Origin: Mobula hypostoma | Lineage: Eukaryota | Direction of reading: 5' to 3' | Length of the DNA stretch: 64,000 nucleotides | Assembly: GCF_963921235.1 (NCBI RefSeq) | Contig: NC_086106.1 | Location: forward strand, 24,986,001 to 25,050,000 | Part shown: positions 11,487 through 24,431 of the stretch, piece after piece | Numbering within the stretch: the stretch's first letter is position 1 | Layout: each line of letters starts with the position of its first letter | Translations under genes and position numbers: made by a program | Notes under the pieces: model-generated | Seen by the model: only the letters and a program-made list of their open reading frames with translations | The model's database searches: none | What the model was told of the DNA's origin: nothing

Positions 11487-11525
11487 CACAGTGCTAGGAA
11501 GCAGCGAGGGAACAATACAAAAACT
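11487..11525 (+). other. Second (distal) near-consensus 23-RSS downstream of supporting V1
   Basis: CACAGTG (11487-11493) + 23 + ACAAAAACT (11517-11525); no coding segment or 5' RSS attached. Confidence 0.88.
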
Positions 11526-12139
11526 CATTTAGTTTTATCATGTAAATACACCACAGCAGAGCACGGAGACAAACGGCAAGAAACCGCAGTGTGGTGGGAT
11601 TTTAGTAGAATGATAACAGAGAAAATAGAAGTACCACAAACAACACCCAAAATATACTGGGAGAAATCATTATGTCCTGATGGAAGTTCTTGGTTCGAAA
11701 CATCATTTTCATGGAAGTGACCGGATCTACCGATTCCTCAAATTTCCACTTATAGAAGACACACACATTTCAAGAATATATTCCTGGAGCAGAGAGGCAT
11801 GATTGCCTTAAGGAAATTCGCATTTTAGATCAGAAGTGCGTCAGGCATAGCAACATAAGTGGGCAAATCAGCCTATCCATTGTGGCCCGCCATTCCATTA
11901 TTACTGTTTCCGGTTCCCAATACATTCTCCAGTATATCCATGTGGGACATGCAATCTACCAGCCATTTTGAGTGAAGGAACATCGCAAATCCGTTTGCGC
12001 CGCGTGAACGTCGGCAGAAAAGCAACGGACATTGAAATGTTACAAATTCCAAACAATAAATGCGTAATCTATTGTTTTGGAATTATACGGTATCACCAAC
12101 TACAGGTATCATTACAATTCCAGAAACATATAAACATAG

Positions 12140-12465
12140 AAAACCTACAGCACAATACAGGTCCTTCGGCCCACAAAGTTGTGCCGAGGATGTCGCTACC
12201 TCAGAAATTACTAGGCTTACCTGTAGCCTCTAGTTTTCTAATCTCCATGTACCTATACTAAATTCTCTTAAAATATCCTATCGTATCCGCACCCATCAGC
12301 GTTTCCGGCAGCCCATTCCACAATATCACAACGCTCTTTAAAAAAAAAAAAATCTCACCCTTGACATCTTCTATGTACCTACTCCCGAGCACCTCAAACC
12401 TGTGCACACCTGTGGCAGCCATTTCAGAACTCGGAAGAAGCCTCTGACTATCCACACGATCAATG
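12140..12465 (-). mobile_element. CR1 3' fragment, truncated by a deletion in copy A
   Basis: VDSQRLLPSSEMAATGVHRFEVLG CR1 C-terminal motif; longer in copy B (60045-60500). Confidence 0.75.
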
Positions 12466-12589
12466 GTTAGTGTTTAATGAGAAGAGGCCGCAGCAGTTTT
12501 GAGAAAAAAATCACTTGCCAATAGTTTCACAAAAACAGTGAGAGATCAAACCATATGATACTGGTTAGTCCGACGTTTTTCTGCAGTTA

Positions 12590-12850
12590 TGACCCGTATT
12601 CAATTCGCACAGTTGCTTGGAAAGAGATTGCACTTTCTCCCCGGATCACCTGGGATGTATGTCGGATGCTCCGGTTTTCTTCCAACAACCCGAAGTCTGG
12701 TAAGATTTGATAGGCTGATTGGTCGTTCTAAATTATCGCGTGATTAGGTTAGGATAGGATTAAATCCGGTGATTGCCGCGCTGCGTACCTCGATGTGCAG
12801 AAAGGGCAAATTCCTCACTGTGGATCCAAACATAAATAAATAATCAATCA
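12590..12850 (+). mobile_element. Degenerate tRNA-derived SINE (V-SINE/HE1-like)
   Basis: ttctccccgg…ggatgctccggttttcttcc…taggctgattggtc…taaatt core with a (TAAA)n tail; copy at ~63530-63790. Confidence 0.55.
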
Positions 12851-14224
12851 AGAAAACAATCATAAGTAAATAAATAAGAATCAGTTTCCCTTGCAAGTCT
12901 TATAGTCGGTACGAAGTCGGCATGAATTTGTATTTTTCAGAAATTTATCCAAAGCTAACGAATGACAAATAATTTCAATTCAATGCTAACGCTATTTGTG
13001 TTTTTGCAGAAGCGATGAAACTGAATACAATGCATGCCGGGAGCTCCTTCAAAACTGCATCGATTGGTTAATCCCTCTATGGTGAAAAGGTGAAACAACT
13101 TTTTTCTGCAACAACATATACTATTACACGTCCCTTATTTTGCCATATTTAAATTAATTTCTGCCCAGTGTTCACAGTGAAGGTGCAGGAGGGTGAGTGT
13201 GGTCATGGTGCAATTATTGCGTTACATTGGTGACAGTCCAAGTCATCCATCGTAAATCTGTTAATTGCAGGAAACGGTTGAGTTTGCGACAGGCTTTCGA
13301 TTTCAAATTTCCTTCTTGATCTTACCTTTGTGTACGTCTTGAATGTTGAGCGCCGATTACATAATTGTCTTCTGAAATACCATTTTGAAAATTTCAGTAA
13401 TAAAACGAGAAAGTACCAGATCCACGATATTATTCGGAAGGAATGTGATACAGGTGATCAAGCAGTTAAGCTCGCCTGACTGGAAGTGCGAGTGACGGTC
13501 GATTTAAAGATCGCCTTGGAATGTTCCTGAATAGTCTCATCCTCCTAGGGTAGTTGAGTCATTTTAGCAGTGGCAGAATGAGACGTAGTATCTGCTGAAT
13601 TGTTTTAAACGCCATTACTTAGTTATTTGTTTGCTTGCTTGGTTACTTATCTTTTTCTCTTTATTTACGGAACTATCAGTCTGTTCGTCTGTGCCATAAT
13701 TTGTTACTTTTTTTTTGATCTTTCTATTTATGTATTTAACATTCGTTTATGTGTTCATATATTTATCTATTTATGTTATTAATTTAGTAAGTGTGTTTCT
13801 TATTTGTTAATTATCCGATAATTATTTATTTATGTATAATTTATTCCAAAGAGGAGGTAGTGTTTGAGTATAAAACCATACCATGTTGACCACAAAATTA
13901 TAATTCATACACGCTCCCTTTTGGGTGTCCGGGGAACAGAAAAATTCTACTTGGTAGATCAAAGCCGCAAGTCGCCTTAACTGTTTACTCAGAATTAACT
14001 TGAAGGCATTTTCCAGCTGACCGACACATTTTTCAAATAGAAAAAAAAAACACAGCAGAGGAAGCAATGTAAGCTTGCAGCATTTTGATTAAAATTAAAT
14101 AATTCATTCTAAATCGAGGGAAATTATTCAGTACCAGACCGAGTTCAATTCACATTTTGATACCTTATTTCATTGGACCGCTGTCATTTACTGATCCAAA
14201 TATTTTGCAAGCTTGTTCGTTGCC

Positions 14225-16100
14225 GTAGATTAGATTAGATTAAACTATATTGTTATTGTGCCGAGTACAGATACAAAGCCAATGAAATGCAGTTAGCATC
14301 TGACCAGAAATGCAAAGAATAGTGTTACTTAGAAATTAACTGCGAATAAAAAGTAAGTGCTACAGCACACAAATATAAAAGTATTGAGACAGTACAATAT
14401 GGGTACATTACTGCTTAGAGCTGTAATGTGAAGTTCAGCAGGGTCACAGCCTCAGGGAAGGAGCTCTTCCTGTGCCTCCCGGTGCGGGAGCGGAGGGTCC
14501 TGTAGCGCCTACCGGATGGGAGGAGTGTAAAAAGTGCATGGTTAGGGTGAGATGCTTCCAGGATAATGCATTTTGCCCTGCCCAGACATGTGTTTATGGT
14601 TAGTATGCTCACTGGTGGGCAATTGGGTGCCGATAATCCGCTGGGCAGTTTTCAGCACACGCAGGCGTGCTTTGCGGTCCGATATCAGACAATTGCCATA
14701 CCACACAGAAATGTTATTGGTGAGTATGTTCTTAATGGTACAGGGGTAAAAGTCCGTCAGTATCCGGGGGCAGAGTTGAGCTTCCTTGATGTTCCGCAGG
14801 AAATAAGGCGCTGTTGTGCGTTTTTGATCAGGATGGCGGAGTTCAGGGACCAGCTGAGATCCTCGGAAATGTGGACACCAAGGAATTTGAAGCTTGATAC
14901 ACGCTCCACTACAGATCCGATAGGGAGGTGAGTGTGGCTCCTAGCATGCCTGAAATCCACAACAATCTCCTTAGTCTTCTGGGTGTTGAGGGCCAGGTTG
15001 TTGTCGGCACACTACGCAGCCAGGTGCCGGACCTCGTCCCTGTAGGCCGTCTCGTCATCCTCTCTGATGAGGGGAAACACCGTGGCGTCTTCCGCGAAGT
15101 AGATTATGGAGTTAGGACCATGTACAGGAACGCAGTCATTGGTGAAAAGGGAGTACAGAAGAGGGCTCAGCACATATCCTTGAAGCACGCCAGTGTTAAA
15201 GGTGAGAGTGGAGGAGGAGTGGTTGTCTAACTTAACTGATTGGGGTCTGTTAGTCAGAAAGTCCATGGTCCAGTTACAGAGGGATGAGCTGATATGAAGC
15301 TGGCGAAGTTTGGCGATCAGCTTGGAGGGGATCACAGTATTGAATGCAGAACTAACGTCAATGAAGAGCATTCTGACGTAGGAGTCGTGGTTTTCCAGGT
15401 GCGTCAGGACAGAGTGAAATGGATTGGAAATGGCATCCTCTGTAGACCTATTGGTGCGATAGGCAAATTGATGGGGGTCCAAGGTAGCGGGCAGACAGGA
15501 TTTCAGATGTGATAAAACCAGTCTTTCAAGTCACTATTCAATGATGGTGGTGAGTGCAACCGGACGGAAGTCATTCAGGCCCGTGGCAGTGGAATGCTTT
15601 CGGCACTGACACGATCGTGACGTTCTTGAAACTTGTAGGGACAACTGTCTGGGCCAGGAACAGATTAAAATGTCAGTGAAGACCTCTGCCAGCTGCTCTG
15701 CACAGACTCTGAACACAGGGCCAGGTATTTCATCCGGATCATTTGCCTTCCGTACATTCAGCCTGCTCAGTGTGGCGCAAACTTTGAAGTTGGAAAGTGA
15801 GAGAGGCAGTTCATCAGGTGAGAGATCCGCGTTGAAGGTGACCTTCTTCCTTTCTCGGTCAAAGCGTAGAAGTAATTGAGCTCAGCAGGGAGGGAAGCAG
15901 AGCTGGAAGGGGTCTCAGTACCAGGTGGTTTGAAGTCTCTAATGATCTCTATGCCATGCCACATGTCCGGGGGTCCGAGGAGTTGAAATATTCCTTGATT
16001 CTCTGCTTATATATGTGTTTAGCCTCAGAGATTCTCTTCCTCAGGTTGGCCCTGGCTGAGCTGTAACCCTCCCGGTCTCCAGACCTGCAGGCTGAGTCTG
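14225..16100 (-). mobile_element. 5'-truncated Rex1/Babar-like LINE (RT)
   Basis: [17 protein letters not shown]…[15 protein letters not shown]…[21 protein letters not shown]…FAEDAT; FKFLGVHISEDLSW; (AGATT)n tail at ~14228. Confidence 0.88.
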
Positions 16101-18262
16101 ATAGTAATAGATGAAGGAATACTGACTTGCTCTAACTTTATCCACATATTAAACATGTTTTCCTGTTTTTGAGAGTTCTTAGGATAGAATGCTTCCGCAA
16201 AACAGAAAATGAAACAGTTACGAGGCGCACTTTAGAAGTCCCTTACTCTTCATTTTCCAGATCTGCCTGAATTCATTCCTTACGTAAAAAGGATACATGC
16301 TATCTGTGTATTAAAGTTGCGCCATCATCATCCATTGGAGTGATTATAGGAGAGAAAGCAACAAATATTTCTGCGAAAACATTCTCGTTAGCCCGATTAA
16401 TATTAGATTAATTTCATTGTATTAGCTAATCCACTGTTTATTCTGCAGAGTTCCTTAACAATTATTTTTTTTTTCATTCTCGCGTGTCCGTTGCACTCTG
16501 GCACTCGCTCTGCATAGTACAATGGTCTGTAATAGATTGGAACATATTATCGGGAATATGGTGAAGAGCATGAACTATTCTTCGCACTGCACAGATGCTG
16601 TCTGACCTTGCGGGTGTTTGTTTCAACTTCACTTTCCTTTCTGATACTGAGGACACGGTATGTTGTTTTTTGCAAGAGGTTTACATTGAAGTCTACAACG
16701 CCACTAACTTTGAACGCGTTGTCGTACACGTCGCAATACGGTGCCCTTGAACGGGATCCTATTTAGAGATGTACAAAGAATCAAACACGTAGAATTACTA
16801 GAATTCATAATAAAGAATGTCCCTCAGAACGTACCGTTTGTCACTTTACAGGCACAGATTGACCCCATTCCGTTCGACGTCTGTTCATTTTTCACATCAT
16901 ATGCACAGTATAAAGATCGGTGTTTTTTTCCATAAATGATTTCATATTCAGTTGAAAAGTTTTTGCATCAGAGTATGATGATATGTGAGATATTGCGTGG
17001 TGGAGTGCACTTTGCAAGTCCATGTTATCGAAAGCGTCACAGTTTGAAAACATCACCTGTTTGGGTGCTTGCTGATAGTCAAACCATGGAGGATTGGCTT
17101 CAGTAGAATTGATTTGCATTTATCCACTATGCCTATCTGAATGTGGATTTTCTTTACTTCCGATACGCCAATATTTTATGATAATTTTTAAAAGGCTGTA
17201 ATCTTGCCGATTATGAACGACACACACAATAGCCCAAGGCCAAGACGTTGCATTCCACTGTTCCTAAAATGCGAGATTTGGTTTCTAATGTCTGCGGTTT
17301 GAGTGTCATTAATCAAAACATGTGGGAAACATCCCCTGGGAGGGAACGACATCCTACCCTGCTGAACAGTCGCAAGGTACAAGATTTCGTTCTGTTTTTA
17401 TCTGTTTATTTCTGAGTCTCGACCTCAGAAAATACTGCGTGACAACATGATTTTAATTAGGCGGGAAATTTGCTGCTTAATCTCAACATTCTGGGCAAAG
17501 AGATATTGATTTATATCCCGACATTTCTCTCCACGAATATCCATCGATCCTTTATATCGATCAGCTTGATCATCGGGAGTTTGCAGAGCAGGTTTACGAG
17601 AGAAAAGTACTTCATTAATTACGAGATTTGTGTTTGCAATGAACAGTCCGGGTGAGCAAATTAATTAAACTTTGCTGCCATCTTGTGCAATATGTTTTCT
17701 CTGTTCCTGGCGATGCTACATGAAAGTAATGTCTCCCTCAGTTCATATACGCAAACAATCGCCACTTCCATCCGCCTAAGTAATTCTTAATTTATTCAGA
17801 GAAACGCTACGTTCATAGGCAGCATGTGAATACGTCAAAATACAATTCGCCGTGCTGAGTGCTTTTGAAGTGTTTGCCACAATCTTCCATTCGGGAGAGG
17901 CCTCCTCCTCCAAACCAGAAATTACTGACTTGGGTTTTGTAATCCACGCCCTTAATTAAGGTCACAAAACGGCGCAGATTTGACCGTTACAGCCGTTGCG
18001 CTCATATCTCACCTATGCTGCAGCTCGGTTAATGATTGTTAAAGCGTTAATATCTAGTATGGCTATATGTGATTCTTCCACGCAACAGGATCCAGGGAGG
18101 TGAAAGGGGACATGCATTCTTGGCATTTCTCTTGCATCAGAGGATTAATCCGATTGGTGGCAAAGATAACCCCCACGAAATGACTGTTTTCGTCTATCAA
18201 AGTATATTCCTCTAAAGTCGACAAGAATTTAATTTACAGAATAGTTCCAGACTTCCCTTGAA

Positions 18263-18694
18263 ATGGCGCAGTTCTGTCTGTTCAGTATATGTGGGTTCAG
18301 TATGGTTCAAGGCACGGAGGTATACGACAGTATCGTGGTCTTTAGAACGTTAAACTCCACGCTCTCACAAACACAAATACAATGCAAAGCAGATTGAGTT
18401 GTTAGCGCCGCTACTCCTTTGAACACTCTTGCTCTAATTCAATGCAGATATTCAGGGGAACGGATCATACCGTGGACATATGGGTATATAATGATTGGTT
18501 ATAATCAGACGCCACTATTATAATCACTGCATTTCAGAGGTAGTGGAGTATAAGAGAGGGATAAGTAGCAGAATGATATACTCCCAATCATATCAATAGT
18601 GGGTTGATGGCAGTTTTTCACTACCAGTTCAAAAGTGGACAGCTCATTGCGACACCACTAGGTAGTGATCAGAATTGTCTGATCTTCTTCAACC
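18263..18694 (+). pseudogene. Possible heavily decayed TCR V relic (leader + V + RSS remnant)
   Basis: Leader-like MAQFCLFSICGFSMVQ-G| (18263-18311, GC rather than GT donor); ALIQCRYSG (Cys 18443); GYNQTP (WYRQ-like); DGSFSL; Cys 18648 at V-like spacing; then CACTAGG + 23 + TCTTCAACC. Requires stops and a frameshift. Confidence 0.3.
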
Positions 18695-19049
18695 CATGAT
18701 GTTCTCATACTCGTGGATTGCTTTTCCGGTGCCTACCAGATGATCAGGGTAAATGTACTAAATATGTCGTCGCCATGGGCATTCAACTCTTATTTTGGAT
18801 GAGCAGACACGAAAAAAAAAGATAAATGGACCCTGAAGGAAATTTCACTCATCCATTCCTACTGGATTATCTGGGAGACTTCCGGTAGCGCTCATGGAGT
18901 GAAGTCGCGTTCTTGACTCGCTCCATTACCTCTGAGTTTTTTTTTTCTCTATGGTCAGCTATACTTTAATTAACCATTAAGGCATCAATTTTTACAATAC
19001 TTTGAATTAAACTGAATTCTCTGACAATTGGATGATACTTAGATCTGCT

Positions 19050-19895
19050 ATGTCTAAGAACGGGAAAAACGGCAAGGATGGTAAACCTCCGGCTAAACCG
19101 AAAGCTACGGATCTCCCCCCGACTTAATCACCGGTGACTTTGAAAGCGATATAGGAGTTAATTCAGAGGGAAATTTCAACCTCTGTTAGGGAGATGATTC
19201 GTACGGAAATTGCAGGCTCTGTTAAAGACCTGATTCATACGGAAATCTCAACTAATTTCCAGAAAATTGCCGATTTAATTGATAAGATGCAAACATGTAT
19301 TGCGGAACATCAGTCGGCTATATCTGATCTTCAAAAATTCGCGCAACAAAGTGAGCTTAAGATGGGGAAAATCGAAGAAACAATTAATGTAATGAAGAAG
19401 AAACTGGACTTTTTGACTTTTAAAAACTCTGACTTGGAATCTAGAATGCGACGGCAGAATTTACGAATGATTGGCGTGAGGGAAGCTGTTGAAGCCAACA
19501 ACCCCATGAAATATTTCTCTCAACTTTTAAAAGATGCATTCCCTACTGTATTTCCTGACCAACCACCGCTACTGGATCGTGTTCACAGAATCCCATCATA
19601 CTCGTCTAGGTCAGATAGACCTAGGCATGTTATTTTACGTTTTCATTATTTTCAAGACAAGGAGAGACTGTTTCGATTCGCTCGATCTAAAGGTTTCATT
19701 GATTTTTCGGATCTTAAGTTCCGATTCGTGGAAGATTTCAGTAAACCAATCTGGGACCAACGGGTCCGTTACAGATCCGTGATGTCAGAATTCTATAAGA
19801 TGGATTTAAGACCAGCGCTGCTGTACCCTGCACGTCTAAGGATTCGCATGTTAGATGGAGCCCTTCGGTTTTTTGATTCTCCATCGGATGCCTAG
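19050..19895 (+). pseudogene. L1 ORF1p (coiled coil + RRM/CTD) with two early in-frame stops
   Basis: ATG 19050; in-frame TAA 19125-19127 and a downstream TAG; then LESRMRRQNLRMIGVRE…RPRHVILRFH…LLYPARLRI motifs of L1 ORF1. Confidence 0.85.
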
Positions 19896-20654
19896 AGTTA
19901 TCTGGATCAACTTTCATCTTCAACATCTTAATTGCCTTTTTTAAATTATCTCCGTTGATCGGAGGCTGTGAATTGGTTGGTTTTAACTTTTCTGTGCCCT
20001 ATTTGGGCAGAAAAGTTTACTTTTGATTTCTTAATATGGCTGCTAAACTTTCTTTTTAACTGCGTCATTTTTTTTCTATTCCCAGGGGATTCTGGGTGGT
20101 TACTTCCCTTTTGTCATTTTACGTATTTCCTGTGCGGCCTTAAATTTTGTAGTTTTTTTTTAAATTTTATTCTGTTTTGCTTTTTATAATCACTTTATGT
20201 TAATAATCCTATTTTTTTTGTTGCTGTGTCTATTCATGAGTTTGAGGTTTATTGTGGTTTTTTTTTAATATATATTTTCCGGCTTTTGTTCTGTTCTGTG
20301 TGTATTTTAATTGAGCTAACTTTTTTTTTACTTATTTTTTTACTGTTTTACAATTAGCTGATCCTTTTCATATTTATACCTTTTTTTTAGGGAGCGTATA
20401 CCGGAAGTCATGGGGGTAGTTTTAGCGCTTGCTTCTTTCTGGCGGGTCTGCTTTAGATTTTGCCTTGAGGTCTTGGGGTGGGGGGTGGTGGGAGGGGTTT
20501 CACGTTTTAGTTTGTTTCTCTTTGGGCTATATACATTATTAAAGTACTGGTTGCGTCCTTTTCCCCGGTATCTATTGTATGTTCTGTTTCCTCTCCGGGT
20601 TTGTGGGTCGCGCCTATTGTCAATCCTCCTTGTTGTGGGTTGACTTTAGGATTT

Positions 20655-23600
20655 ATGGAGTCTCTTATTAATTTTGTCTCCTGGAATACTAATGGTCTTA
20701 ATCATCCTATTAAAAGGAAAAAAGTTTTTAAAGTGTTCCGGAGACTTAAAGCACAAATTTTATTTTTACAAGAGACCCATGTACGGAGGGGGGACAGACT
20801 ACGTTTTTTCAAATTCTGGAAGGCACAACAATTTCATTCGAACTCCAATGCTAAGATTCGAGGCGTCTCTATTTTTATAGATTCCTCAGTTACTTTTATA
20901 CAACAGGATATTATCTCTGATCCGAATGGTAGATTTTTATTGGTTAGTGGTTTACTATTTAATAAAAATGTAGTTTTGGTTAATGTTTATGCTCCTAATA
21001 TGGATTGTCCGGAATTTTATAAATCATTGTTTGATCAGTTTCCGAATTTGAACGAGTTTTCATTGATTTGGGGCGGAGATCTTAATACCTGTTTATTTCC
21101 AGCTTTGGACCGTTCGGCTCCTTTACGGACTTTACCTAATAAATCTGCAAATTTGATTAATTTTTTCCTTTCTGATTCTGGGTCGACGGACATTTGGCGT
21201 TTTCTGCATCCTCAGGAAAAAGATTTTTCCTTCTTTTCACATGTTCATCATTCCTGTTCAAGAATTGATTATTTTTTCATTGATTCTCGTCTCATTCCTT
21301 CAGTGATTAAATGTGATTATGATTCTATAACCATTTCGGATCATGCTCCACTTAAGCTTTCTATTAAAATTATGGCCAATATACCAAACAATAGACAATG
21401 GCGTTTTAATTCGCTGTTGCTTCAGGACTCGGACTTTGTTAATTTTATGAATGAACAGATTGAGCTTTTTTTTACAATTAACCATACAGAAGATATTTCG
21501 GTTAACACTCTTTGGGACACTTTTAAAGCCTATATTCGGGGTCAGATTATTTCGTATTCCGTTGCTTTGAGGAAGAAACAGAAGCAGGAGGAGATGGCAA
21601 TTGTGGACAAGATTAAAGAAATTGATAAGAAATATGTTATGGCTCCTTCTGAGGAGCTATACAAACAAAGAACTGAACTTCAAATGGAACACAGTTTACT
21701 ACTCTCGTCCTCGATTGTAAACCAATTAAAGAAAACAAGAAGTGATTTTTATGTTCACAGTGATAAAATTGGCAAGCTGCTGGCTAATCAATTGAAATCT
21801 AATTAGGTTAAATCTCAAATCAATCAGATTTATAACCAAATGATCGATTGATATTGGATCATGTGGGGATTAATCAAACCTTTTGTGATTTTTATTCTTC
21901 TTTATATCAATCAGAGTCTCCTCGAGATTCTAAATATATGAATGATTTTTTAGATAAGTTAGACTTCCCTCAGATTTCACAGGATATGTCTTCTTTATTA
22001 GATACTTCCATTACAATGGATGAGATTAAGAATGTTATTTTTTCTATGAATCTGGGGAAAGCTCCTGGCCCTGATGGGTTTACCGTTGAATTTTATAAAT
22101 GTTTTGCTTCTTTATTGATTCCTTGGCTCTATAAGGTTTTTGAGGCTTCTCTGAAACTTGGTAAACTTCCGGAATCTTTTAATAGAGCATCAATTTCTTT
22201 AATACTAAAGAAGGATAAAGAACCTGCTCAATGTGCATCTTATAGACCAATATCTTTATTAAATGTTGATTCTAAAGTTTTTTCTAAGTTATTAGCAAAT
22301 AGACTAGAAAAAGTACTTCCTTCTATTATTTCGGAAGACCAAACGGGTTTTATTAAAGGTCGTTACTCTTTTTATAATATTCGTACATTGTTAAATATCG
22401 TTTATACTCCCTCACAAAATGTTCCTGAGTGTGTTATTTCTTTAGATGCCGAGAAAGCTTTTGATAGAGTAGAATGGCCTTATTTATTTAAGGTGCTTGA
22501 AATGTTTAATTTTAGCTTGAAATTTATATCCTGGATTAAACTGTTATATCACTCCCCTGTAGCCTCGGTTCGTACTAACTCTTTAAACTCACCTTTTTTT
22601 CCTCTCTTTCGTGGTACTCGACAAGGCTGTCCTCTTAGTCCCCTATTATTTGATATTGCATTAGAACCTCTTGCAATTGCTATTCGAGAATCTTCAAATA
22701 TTACTGGGATAACTCGGGGATTAAAGTCCCATAAATTATCACTCTATGCTGATGATTTACTTTTATATATTTCTAATCCTGAGAGATCCATTCCTGCTGT
22801 TTTAGAGTTATTAGCACAATTTGGTCTTTTCTCAGGTTATAAATTAAATCTTAGTAAGAGTGAACTTTTTCCGATTAATAAACATCTTCCCTTATATTAT
22901 AAATTTCCATTTAAATTGATTAATAATTACTTTTCATATCTTGGGATTAAAATTACTTGTAAACATAAAGATTTATTTAAGACTAACTTTTTACCATTAA
23001 TAGACCATATTACTCAACTTTCATCTAAATGGTTTCCCTTATATTTAACTTTGATTGGTCGTATTAATGCAGTTAAGATGTTTTTTTTGCCAAAATTTTT
23101 ATATGTGTTTCAGGCATTGCCAATTTTCGTTCCTAAATCTTTTTTTGATAAAGTTGACTCTAAAATTTCTTCATTTATTTGGCAGAATAAGAATCCGAGA
23201 CTGGGTAAAATACATTTACAGAAAGCTAAGAGAGATGGAGGTTTAGCATTACCTAACTTTAGATTTTATTATTGGGCTATTAATATTCGACATATGAAAT
23301 TTTGGTTACTTGACCGGGACATACTATCTATTCCTAAATGGGTAGCATTGGAATTACAATCTGTTCAGGGTTATACACTTGGTTCTATTTTAGGTTCCTC
23401 TCTTCCTTTTGATTCGAAACGCCTTAAGCAGGTCTCTAACCCGATAGTTAAATATGCTTTGCGCATTTGGTTTCAATTCAGAAAATTTTTTGATCTTAAT
23501 CAATTCGGGTTAGCGATTCCTATTTTAGGTAACATATTTTTTCCTCCCTCTTTTACGGATCGCGCTTTTCAAACTTGGAAGACTAAGGGTATTTTACGGT

Positions 23601-24431
23601 TTTTGGATTTATTTTTAGATGGTTCCCTTATGTCTTTTGAACAATTATCTAATAAATATAACTTATCAAGAATACATTTTTTTAGATATTTACAAGTTAG
23701 AAATTTCCTAAGTACTATACTTTCTTCCTTTCCAATGCTTCCTCCTATATATATTTTAGATTCGATAATTAACCTTAATCCATGTCAGAAAGGTGCATCG
23801 GCTATGATTTATAATATTATTATGAAACTTAGGAAAGCTCCATTTGATAAGATTAGGGTAGATTGGGAACAGGAATTGGGGCTTACCATTTCTGTGGATG
23901 ATTGGGGGCAGATTTTACAATTAGTTAATACTTCCTCTATTTGTGCTAAACATTCCCTAATTCAATTTAAAGTGGTTCATAGAGCACATATGTCCAAAGA
24001 TAAGTTAGCGCGTTTTTTACTCGCATATTAATCCTTTCTGTGATAGATGTTCGGGGCAGATAGCCTCTTTAACTCATATGTTTTGGTCTTGCCCTACTTT
24101 GGAAACTTTTTGGAGAGATATTTTCAATATTATTTCTAAGGTATTAAATATAGATATCTCTCCTCACCCTATTACTGCTATCTTTGGACTACCTAAAATT
24201 TCTAGTAATATTTCCGCTTCAGCCCGTAGAATGATTGCATTTCTTACTTTAATGGCGAAAAGATGTATTTTACAACATTGGAAAGAGCTTAATGCTCCAA
24301 CTACCTTTTTTTGGTTTTCTCAGACGATTTTATGTTTGAATTTGGAGAAAATTAGAAGTAACCTTTATGATTCTTCATTTAAATTTGAACAGATTTGGGG
24401 ACCTTTTATTCGATATTTTCATTTAATGTAA
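20655..24431 (+). pseudogene. L1 ORF2p (endonuclease-reverse transcriptase), 1 stop + 2 frameshifts
   Basis: SWNTNGL…FLQETH…GGDLN…SRIDY…SDHAP endonuclease; KAPGPDG, DAEKAFD, GTRQGCPLSP, LYADD RT; CDRC…HMFWSC zinc knuckle; TAG 21804-21806, frameshifts near 21840 and 24015. Confidence 0.92.

Larger units (their letters stand above)
1..13070 (+). repeat. Segmental (tandem) duplication, copy A, containing NAR-TCR cassette 1
   Basis: Position 1 (atcactatccacttcc) aligns to 47879; 13031-13070 aligns to 63961-64000; colinear near-identity throughout. The unit may start upstream of the window. Confidence 0.95.

Noticed and set aside
17112-17119. Perfect octamer ATTTGCAT (others at 1423, 6424, 42527)
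   Set aside because: The number is compatible with chance in 64 kb of AT-rich DNA, and none sits just upstream of a supported V leader.
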